Assembly: GCF_001194135.2 (NCBI RefSeq)
Contig: NC_068989.1
Location: 57,755,270-57,791,298, forward strand
Length of the DNA: 36,029 bases
From: Octopus bimaculoides
Taxonomy: Eukaryota
Direction: 5' to 3'
Part shown: one piece after another, positions 9,901 to 18,900 of the stretch
Layout of the letters: every line of letters starts with the position of its first letter
Numbering within the stretch: the stretch's first letter is position 1
Made by a program: the position numbers and the translations under genes
The notes under the pieces: model-generated
What the model saw: only the letters and a program-made list of their open reading frames with translations
Told to the model about the DNA's origin: nothing
Databases searched by the model: none

Positions 9901-12110
9901 AACCATGAAATTTAATTTCACATTTAAAGGCTTAAAAGCACTTTTGATAATTTCCTTGTTGTGATTATTTTATTGTGAATCCTAGCAATATTTTTTAAAT
10001 TCAGGTATTTGATCATTGTGCACTGTCACAAGCTGTCAAAGACGAAATGTACAAATGCTACCCCAATGCTAAGAGAGCCCACTTAAAATCCGGTGGCAAT
10101 TTCCCTTATCTCAGCCGTAGTACTGAAGTGAATGTTTTCATAAAGGTCAGTGTGTATTTTAGCTTTTAATTTTTCACTAATGTCACTTTGATTTTTTTTT
10201 TTTCTTTTCTTATGCTTTAATCCTAAATCTGGCCATATCCAGCCCAGATGTTCAACCTGTTTTATATTCAAACCAGCCAGGTTTGGCCTCTCACACCTAC
10301 TCTACAATGTCACTCTAAAAATAGTCACATCACTGAAATCTCAAAGCTATGAGATGATGCTCAGCTAATTCAAAACAATGTGAATATATAAGCATTACAT
10401 TTGTGAGGGTAATCTGAATGCTAAAGGGTGAATCAGAAATGGAAGAGTAGCATCAATGCCCCTTTTAGCAGGTTCTCCAAAGCTGCTGAGAGAAAGGGAT
10501 GAATATATCATCACACAGGAGACGTAAATGTTTCTAATAGGGTTGACTCTACTAAAGGCACCCAAAGACAAGTTAACAGTTGGTAATGTTAAACTGGACA
10601 ATGAATAATGTCTATTACTCAGTGAGTAGTAGACAAGGGTGGAGGTGCAATGGCCCAGTGGTTAGGGCAGCGGACTCGCGGTCATAGGATCGCGATTTCG
10701 ATTCCCAGACCGGGCGTTGTGAGTGCTTATTGAGCGAAAATACCTAAAGCTCCACGAGGCTCCAGCAGGGGATGGTGGCGAACCCTGCTGTACTCTTCCA
10801 CCACAACTTTCTCTCACTCTTACTTCCTGTTTCTGTTGTGCCTGTAATTCAAAGGGTCAGCCTTGTCACACTGTGTCACGCTGAATATCCCCAAGAACTA
10901 CGTTAAGGGTACACATGTCTGTGGAGTGCTCAGCCACTNNNNNNNNNNTGAGTGCTTATTGAGCGAAAATACCTAAAGCTCCACGAGGCTCCAGCAGGGG
11001 ATGGTGGCGAACCCTGCTGTACTCTTCCACCACAACTTTCTCTCACTCTTACTTCCTGTTTCTGTTGTGCCTGTAATTCAAAGGGTCAGCCTTGTCACAC
11101 TGTGTCACGCTGAATATCCCCAAGAACTACGTTAAGGGTACACATGTCTGTGGAGTGCTCAGCCACTTGCATGTTAATTTCACGAGCAGGCTGTTCCGTT
11201 GATCGGATCAACTGGAATCCTCAACGTCGTAAGCGACGGAGTGCCAACAACAGTAGACAAGGCTTTGGTTGATCCAGGGCTGTGTGCTGTGCTGTAAAAT
11301 CAAAGCAGAAACTATGAAACTGCAAACCAAACTTCTTAAGCACAAAGTTAGCTATACCTATTCTCTTTAGGGCAATTAAGGAGATAGTACATTGTTTTGG
11401 TATCTGGTTTGCAAGATTCTTGATGTGAATCTTGTGTCTAGAATTGTTGCTTAAATTTAAGGCACGTGTTTAACATTATAATCAAATCCATACCATGGTT
11501 TCTTGTGGGTATCCACTATGTACCACAATCACTAGTGCATGTGAAGCCGAGCTGCATATTGAAATAATTGAGAATAGAACAGACTGTTACAAACTCTGCA
11601 TGTTTTCCTTCAAGCATTGTAATGTTTATGCATGAAAACCACACGTGTGTGTGTGTGTTTTTTCTCTCACTGTTCAGCTGCAAAAAAATAAACATTAAAA
11701 AATAAAAATTTTCTACACAACTTGCTGAACAAATACTTTCATTTCTCACAGACCAAAACTGATTGATTGCTGATCAAGTTGTCACATAGAAGCTCATAGT
11801 TACAAGTTTAATGTTATTGAAGGATACTATTTAATTTGTTTACAATAATCTTTACAATGATGATGAAAAGCTTGACTTGTTTATACTCTTCAAGAATGTA
11901 ATCTATATAAATGATTTGTCTAAATTTCAGGTGCACCTACAGAAATATGAAGGTACAAAATACAGTGCGAAGGAAGATCTAGAGCTACCTGACGATGTCA
12001 TTCCAACTGAAAACAATAAAAATACTTCTGAAGCCAGTAACCTTACTAATGATAATCTAAACGAGGATTTGACAGGTGACCAACCTAACAACAACACAAT
12101 GGATTCTTGA
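1146..12110 (+). CDS. SPG21: Maspardin (SPG21, alpha/beta-hydrolase fold), join(1146..1307,2289..2369,4204..4349,4869..4977,8519..8626,10005..10145,11931..12110); 5'-partial
   Basis: Manual splicing gives one open frame of 308 aa with GT-AG at every junction and matching phases. Recognisable maspardin motifs: [44 protein letters not shown]. The first ~21 aa were not found in the window. Confidence 0.96.
2289..2369 (+). CDS. SPG21: Maspardin exon ([27 protein letters not shown])
   Basis: Acceptor ttttgcag, donor gtaaaa; 81 nt. Absent from the ORF track. Confidence 0.94.
2744..2935. mobile_element. Probable Penelope-like element terminal fragment
   Basis: Inserted in a (TA)n tract; contains the acgtttcg motif with an adjacent hammerhead-like stem on the minus strand. 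The family call is an inference. Confidence 0.45.
2993..3298 (-). pseudogene. Degenerate array of three C2H2 zinc fingers, probably a LINE (RTE-type) C-terminal remnant
   Basis: Three in-frame C-x2-C-x12-H-x3-H motifs, with two stop codons between the first and second. Confidence 0.65.
4204..4349 (+). CDS. SPG21: Maspardin exon with nucleophile-elbow motif GASLGG
   Basis: ttccag|GTCCATATATTTGGAGCTTCGCTTGGTGGT...CCAAC|gtaagt; 146 nt, ends in phase 2. Confidence 0.95.
4869..4977 (+). CDS. SPG21: Maspardin exon ([36 protein letters not shown])
   Basis: Acceptor ttttcag, donor gttggt; 109 nt, completes the phase-2 codon. Confidence 0.94.
6917..8019 (-). mobile_element. Degenerate mariner (DD34D-type) transposon with internal deletion
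   Basis: TIRs ggttcatcccataaataatg and cattatttatgggatggccc, flanked by (TA)n. Fossil transposase motifs: [45 protein letters not shown]. In-frame stops are present, and the sequence jumps from WVPHKL to the VWWD region. Confidence 0.9.
8519..8626 (+). CDS. SPG21: Maspardin exon ([36 protein letters not shown])
   Basis: Acceptor ttttgcag, donor gtgagt; 108 nt. Confidence 0.95.
8847..9075. mobile_element. piggyBac-like MITE, copy 3
   Basis: Same internal sequence as 724-944; flanked by TTAA. Confidence 0.65.
9240..9655 (-). mobile_element. RTE-X-like LINE 3' fragment with inverted 5' segment
   Basis: Minus 9481-9240 encodes [11 protein letters not shown]...YVD...DSGL. Plus 9482-9650 encodes ASETWTLTK...LNIKWQQ...[12 protein letters not shown]. 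Confidence 0.7.
10005..10145 (+). CDS. SPG21: Maspardin exon ([47 protein letters not shown])
   Basis: Acceptor ttcag, donor gtcagt; 141 nt. GGNF replaces the hydrolase catalytic His motif, as in maspardin. Confidence 0.95.
10218..10430. mobile_element. piggyBac-like MITE, copy 4
   Basis: Same family; ends aatctgaatgctaaagggtgaa. Confidence 0.6.
10641..11251 (+). mobile_element. tRNA-derived SINE (family A) with 11-bp target-site duplication; internally doubled across a 10-N gap
   Basis: A-box tggcccagtgg and B-box-like ttcgattcc; TSD agtagacaagg at 10628-10638 and 11252-11262; caa tail. Confidence 0.88.
11931..12110 (+). CDS. SPG21: Maspardin last coding exon ([14 protein letters not shown]...TMDS*)
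   Basis: Acceptor tttcag at 11925-11930; begins like the human IHLLQFHGTKYAA segment; stop TGA ends at 12110. Confidence 0.9.
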   Translation: MHLQKYEGTKYSAKEDLELPDDVIPTENNKNTSEASNLTNDNLNEDLTGDQPNNNTMDS

Positions 12111-12280
12111 CCATCTCCTCCTCCTCATCGGTGTATTCTTTGTAGTCTCCCTTTGTGACTTACCAACAAATTCATTGTCTTAACTGAACTGCCCTCTCAT
12201 TTCCCAGTGTTATTGGCAGTTGATGCAGACCATGTTGAAGAATTTAAAACATATATACAAAGTAACCAATCATTCCTCTT

Positions 12281-12282
<2 letters not shown>

Positions 12283-12321
<39 letters not shown>
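12283..12321 (+). repeat. Poly-T tract (39 T) downstream of the SPG21 stop
   Basis: Directly visible. Confidence 0.9.
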
Positions 12322-12322
<1 letters not shown>

Positions 12323-12912
12323 TTCTTAATGCCAAATTCTCACTCTAGTGCAGTGGGGCGGGGAACCACGGATGAATTGCAAATGCATAAGAATCTACAG
12401 TTGCACATCTGCACCAAGAAAAAAAAATTGAATCATTAATCTTACAAATCCACAGGTATGCAACTTACATTAAATTGCTGTTATGTTCTTTAAGGTCTAA
12501 ACCATTTTCTAATATAAGTTTATAGACACTTGAAACTATTTCAATGGTTGGTTTCAAATTTTAATATAGGCGAATATTTGCCACCACAGGCATGAAGTTC
12601 CCCCCACCCCTGCCTTAGAGGGACCAAAACCTGTATACAGTGGTATCTTTGTATATTTTAATCTTAAGACTGTTTGTTTATCTAAATGTATAGAGTCTCT
12701 TGTTAAAATGTTTTGTCAGCTTTCATATAAATATATACATACATATACAAACACACATATATAAAAATAAAATACACACATAAATGTGTATTTTCATAAG
12801 CAGACGTTTGTTTAATGACCCAAAAAATCCCTACTTTTGTGCTAGAAAGTGTGTATGAGTCATCTTACCAGCATTAGAACCAAAACAACTTTCTTCAATT
12901 TAGATGTTTAGT

Positions 12913-12953
<41 letters not shown>

Positions 12954-13799
12954 ATATACACACACATACACATACAAATACAGGTATGTGTGTGTATTTC
13001 CTGTATGCATGTTCTTATTGCTAGGGTTAGTTTATGTTCTAATTTTCCGTGACAATTATTCTGCATATTTTACCCCACACCCACTCCACTTTTAAGAAAT
13101 ATGTACAGTAAATGTTATCTGCTCATTACTTCAAATGAAGACATTTTAATTCATCAAATGTATTTTTTCTATTTTTCAGTTTTACATTTTACATTTTATT
13201 TTGCATTAACACACACACACACATTTTATGTAAGAAAAGAGATGACAAAGGAATATTACTGCTCTGTACTTGATTAATTTTTCGTTCAGAAGCATATGTA
13301 TATTGAGTGCTGAACCAAATTATTAGTATCGTAATGCCTAAGCAAAATATATATATGTATTATATACACACACGTGTGTGTGTTTATATATATATATGTA
13401 TGTATGTATGCACATAAAGATGAACATTACACTTACAAAATACTTTCCAAACATGATATTTTTAAAATCAATAAAACTGAAAGTCATTGAACAAAGTGAC
13501 ATTTTTAACACTAATTTTCGTTTTTTAATGTGTATTATATATGTGTATGTAGCATATAAGTCTATCGTTCTTTGCTAAGTAGCCATTCAGATTGAGACTT
13601 ACAAAATGTGATATCTAGAGCCATAGAAGCCCTTAAACTCAATACCACCCATGACATGAACTCAGAATTGATGGTGGTGTGAAGAATATGGAGGTTTACT
13701 TTTTGACTATAGTTTAAATATACAGCAGTAATATATTTTATAGAGTGTTTGTTTGCTGTTTGTTTATTAATAGTCTTAATGAAATCTCACTATATATTA

Positions 13800-13856
<57 letters not shown>

Positions 13857-13997
13857 ATATGTTGGTTGGATATTCATTGATTGTGAGGCTGGGAAAACCA
13901 CTATTCAAAGAAGTGCTTAATACATATTTATGTGGAGTAAATATGTTTATTTGCTATTGACCCTATGGAGAGCTCTTTCATTTCAGTTATTTGTTCA

Positions 13998-14047
<50 letters not shown>

Positions 14048-14085
14048 TATATATATACACAGAAGGAGAAAACATTCGATAAGTG

Positions 14086-14204
14086 TATCACCATCATCAT
14101 TTAACGTCCGCTTTCCATGCTAACATGGGTTGGATGAGTTGACTGAGGAAAATCGTCCAACCCATGCTAGCATAGAAAGCGGACGTTAAACGATGATGAT
14201 GATA
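14086..14204. repeat. 52-bp inverted repeat with 15-nt loop, formed by two opposed family-D tails
   Basis: Arms 14086-14137 and 14153-14204 match at 47 of 52 positions by manual alignment. Confidence 0.92.
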
Positions 14205-15068
14205 TTTCTTCAATGCTGATAATTCACATCACCAGTCAGAGTTTCCCATTACATGGGATCCTTTGTTTGAAGGTATTCAACGTGGCAACAAACTCTTAGT
14301 AGCAACAGTATATTATAAGGTTTGAACAAATATATGTAGTAGACTTGAGATTACTCTGTTGCTTCTCAGTTTTGTGTTAACTGCTGCTGCTTATATAACT
14401 AATTTAAAATAGACAAAATTAAGTTTATTTATATATACATAAACTATTGATGGCTAGGCAGTTATTGGGTAAAAAGAAATACACTGCATACACTTACATA
14501 CAGGGTTTCTCAGTGTTATGGATTAAAGTTCTGATTGTATGCAGCAATCTTTAACGTGTAAGACAATGTAATTTTGGTGAGTTTAATCCACCAGTTTTCA
14601 AAAGGTAAAAACACAAGTGCTAAGTTGTATACAAACATTTATTTTGAGTGAATAAAAAAATTAAAAAAACGAAAATATATAGTCACAAAATGATAGAATC
14701 TTTTTTTTCTTCGTCTTGTTAAGGCTGCTTGGAGTGGAAAAAAGAAATGTCCATGAATCTTTCTAAAAATAAATATTTTGATAATTTTTTTTTTTTAATT
14801 ATAAATTTGCATTTTGTCTGTGGTAAATTGCCTTAATCCATTTTTGAATTTTTTTTTTTTAAGTGATGTTTTTCTTACAGATGAGTTTGGTTGATGGCTT
14901 GACTCATGAGAATATTCCTTCAGAATTTCATGATACTTATGAGCAATGTAGAATTTTGCCATGGTATTGTTTATAATAAAATCTATATATATATATATAT
15001 ATATATGTATTTTGTGTCGACTACTTTTGCTTTACTATATTTTATGCAAAGGTACTCCTTTCAACCCA

Positions 15069-15968
15069 TCAACTTGATCTTTTAAATGGAAGAGAATATG
15101 CTTTTTCAGCACCCTGTATACCTGCTAAATGTTTCTGAAATTGATAAAGTTCACGCAGTTGATATTTTTCCCAAAACACTACTTTAGTTATATTTTCTTC
15201 ATTCTTATTCTTCAAAACTTGTACAAGTGAAAAAACAGATGTTTCGTCATTTTCAGTGATGCATTGTATTGCGGTGGGCGTTTCTGTAGATGGCAACAAA
15301 TAATCAGTACTTATTGTGGCTAAAACTTCTCCTTTCTGGAAATGTGGATGGGTAGAGTCAAGATTAATGATGCCAATATCACCTAGATTTCTTCCTACCC
15401 AAAGAGTATTATCTATAATGGCTATTGAAGTGATGCAACATATTGGATTTTCATGAGTATTGTCTTTGTCTTCATTTTCAAAACTCAGGTTCATGCTCAT
15501 CTTCAGTGATTTGCTCAACGATTTTCGTGATGTTTGCTGCTGTTGTACAATTCTTCTTCCCAGTGTGAAAATTCCAACATAGTATACTGCTATTAAAGAA
15601 TATGTGCAGGCATTGTACTCTAAGATGGAAGCTAAGCCTTCCAAATAATGAAAGACTCTTTGTTCTTTGTTGTTTTCACTATATTTAAGGTCCATTATTT
15701 TTGATGCTTTGTCAGTAACTTGCGAACTGAATGAACATTTGATTTTCCTTGTGTCAATTGAAATTATGCTGATCTGTGTACCACATCCAACCCATAGTTC
15801 AGAATAGTTTGGCAAATTGACCAGTAGCATGCTGGTTATTGGAGTTGAAGTACCCAGTTGAATAGCCTCGACTCCTTTCCAGTACTGTACCTTTCTGGGA
15901 TTTAACTCTTGTCTCTGAATATGCAGGATGCCATTATTTGTGCCTATATAGATTTCCTTCAGCTTTGG
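15069..15968 (-). CDS. LRRK1: LRRK-like last exon, WD40-type repeats and C-terminal helix (PKLKEIYIGTNNG...LWVGCG...LWVGRNLG...PFKRSS*)
   Basis: Acceptor ttttctttttctctattaccag; 900-nt open frame, extending the tracked ORF by 46 codons; repeated LWVG/IYIG beta-propeller motifs. Confidence 0.9.
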   Translation of the reverse strand, partial: PKLKEIYIGTNNGILHIQRQELNPRKVQYWKGVEAIQLGTSTPITSMLLVNLPNYSELWVGCGTQISIISIDTRKIKCSFSSQVTDKASKIMDLKYSENNKEQRVFHYLEGLASILEYNACTYSLIAVYYVGIFTLGRRIVQQQQTSRKSLSKSLKMSMNLSFENEDKDNTHENPICCITSIAIIDNTLWVGRNLGDIGIINLDSTHPHFQKGEVLATISTDYLLPSTETPTAIQCITENDETSVFSLVQVLKNKNEENITKVVFWEKYQLRELYQFQKHLAGIQGAEKAYSLPFKRSS

Positions 15969-18900
15969 CTGGTAATAGAGAAAAAGAAAATATTAAGTTA
16001 CAAGTAATGATTTTATTAAGTTCCAATCCAAACACCTGTAACAACATTATTTTTATGTTCAAACCCCCAAAGACAATACAAGGTTTAGATGATGTCCACT
16101 AAGAATACTTGGTTCTCTAATGGCCTTCTTTTCAAAATTTCAAAGAATCAATAACAATTATTATCATAGGTACAGATGTGGCTGTGTGGTCAACAAGTTT
16201 GCTTCACAGCCATATGGTTTCAGGTCTTGTTTCCATTGCATGGCACTTTGAGTGTCTTTTACTGTAACCTAAGACTGACCAGAGCCTTATGAGTGTATCT
16301 GGTAGAAGTAAACTGAAATAAACCCATCATGCATTTGTGTCTCCTTGTCTTGAGATTGTATGACATTTGTAAATGAGTGTCAGTGTCATTCCTTGCCAAT
16401 GTTCTGCAAAAACATGGAATAATAATAATGCCTTGCTTGGAAATAGGTGAAAATGAGTTATGAAGGAGGCACTATAGAGAATGTGGACTGCAGAAATTTT
16501 ATCACTGCTTTATTGTAGGGTTTTATATACAAGGTGTGTTCAAAAAGTAACTCACTTGGTTTTCCTGCCAAAATTAATGCCACATGGGCAAAATCCTTTG
16601 GATGGGAGATGATGCCCACCCTTCCTGCACATGTGTGAAAATTTTTGCACTGGTAGGCCACATCACTTCTCAGCCGTTATGCCTAGAGTACAGACGTGTA
16701 GTGCATGCTTGTCGGATTTTCATTTTATCCTACAAGATAACTGAACTATTGACAAACTTCACTACTGTCATGAAAAAAGTATCCAGTACACATTGTAAAG
16801 TGGTTGGCAGTAGAAAGGGCATCGAACCATAGAAACCATGCCAAAATAGGTAGTAAAGCATGATGCATCCATCAAAACCTGTTGGATCCAGTCAAACTTC
16901 CAATCTGTGCCAGCAGAGAGCATGGTCATTTAATGATGATAATGTAGAAGAGTTTAGTGAACAGTAAATTTGTTGGTGAATGGTATGTTATGACACCATT
17001 CTTTCAACAACTAGTCAGAGTTACAACTATCAGAAACTTGTATTCATGTTTTTCCATGGATTCCCATGACCCCACTGTTGCCATCCGATTCCATTATGAA
17101 TTTGAATTGAGAGCTTCAGTCTCAGCGAATCGTTCACTGGCCAACTACACAACCATAGACTTCACTCCTATGGATGTGTTGCAGTTACTCTTTTGATTGA
17201 GCTTGGTGAATCTGACCATTAGATCTTCTAGGATTCCTCTGCTCAACATCAATGTTAAGAAGCACCATTGGCTCAGCTGAGTTCTTCACAATCTGCCATG
17301 CTGCAGTGCCTTGACTTCACCATATCCCTGGCAGACTGGTTGAGTGGGTACTATGCTTTGCCAAAGGGCAGCCTGTAACTATGCATTATTTAATGCAATA
17401 ATAATGGGTGCATCATAGGGGAAGACTTTATAAATTTCCTCGAAGAATATTATTCTTTAAGCTGTTGCTTATCGTTTGATGATTCATCATTAGGCTACAG
17501 TAGTTCTTATCCACCATCTATCCAACAACAACTTTAGTTATATTTTTTAATTTAATACCTCTACCACTCATGGACAAATTTATAAAATCTAAAACAGTGC
17601 AGCACCCATGACTTTCAGAAATATTTTTCACATTCATAATTGGGGAGTATAGAATAAACTGCCCATGACTGAAGTTGCCATGCAGTTTGCAAGACTAAGA
17701 TCCCCCTCGACTAAGCGGGGTTGTTGTAGATAAGGAAGTAGCTTTATCCAAGAAGATGAAGAGTTAAAGTATGAGAGAAGGGACCAGATCAGGTTTCTTG
17801 CCCTTAACTGTCACCAGCCTTCACCCGTTTCCAAGCAAGGTAATATTTTCCTGTGGACACAGGGTACTGAAGATGAATGACAGTGACACTTGTTTACAAC
17901 TATCACTTGACAGCATGGTAAACAAACATACACATATACATTTACACACAATGAGCTTCTTTCAGTTCCATCTACCAAATCCACTCACAAGGCTTAGGTC
18001 AGTTCAGGGCTACAGTAAAAGACACTTTCACGAGGTGCCACGCAGTGGGATTGAAACCAAAATCATGTGGATGGAATGCGAACTTCTCAACCACATAACT
18101 AAATGCTAAATTAACTACAACAAAATTATTTTTATTTAAACCTACTAAATTCTTGATTTTTTAAAAACTTAAATGAAACAGATATGTGATGTACAGGATG
18201 TTCCAGAATTAATTATTTCAGTGAAATCTGGCAATTTAAAAAAAAAAACTCACTTTTATTTATGTTTATCATGTTTAAGTATATGTTAAAAATGTATAAA
18301 TTTTAAATTTTATTTATAATTTTATTTTCATTCCTGTTGGATCCCACTTATCTGTCCACAACAGCTTTTTTATAATTTGGCTGTAATCATTTTCTTTTCC
18401 TCCATCCTCAGGATGGAGCAATAGTTTAGCTGAACTTAAAGAACGCATTCATTCAGTGGTGCAGGAGACAACTCCTGAAATGCCTCAAAATGTAAGGATA
18501 GATTTGAAATTTGAAGGAGTTTTGGCATAAGATTTTTAAATCTATTTGTTTTGGTATCATAATCAAATAATAAACATAAAATTCTGTCAATTTTTTTTAA
18601 AGTTTGCTCAATTTCATTGAAATAGTTAATTCTGAAACACCCTGCATCTCATTGGAAATACAATCATGAAAGGGCTAAAACTCACATTTGAAATCATAAA
18701 GACAGGTACTTCTGAAATGCTGAAAACAGGCAGTATACGTAGATTACTCATTTCATTGACAATCATTCCTATTTCTCCACTCTGAAAAATAAAGCAGGTT
18801 ATTAAAGGGGCTTTGAATTAGAATAACATGTCAAATGCATTCTAATTTAAAAGGGAAGACAGTTAGTAGAATAGTCATCATCATTTAACATCTGTTGTCC

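Noticed and set aside
10641-10716. tRNA-like sequence with A and B boxes
   Set aside because: It is the head of a SINE with body, tail and TSD, not a tRNA gene.
10720-11167. Apparent ~219-bp tandem duplication inside the SINE
   Set aside because: The two copies look identical and are separated by exactly 10 N, typical of an unmerged contig overlap.
16930-17400. GC-richer intronic stretch resembling an old LINE fragment
   Set aside because: No diagnostic protein motif could be recovered by eye, so it is left unannotated.
17559-17694. Open minus-strand frame (SCKLHGNF...SMSGR) as a candidate WD40 exon
   Set aside because: Poor acceptor and phase-1 donors incompatible with the phase-0 last exon; 18686-18781 fits instead.
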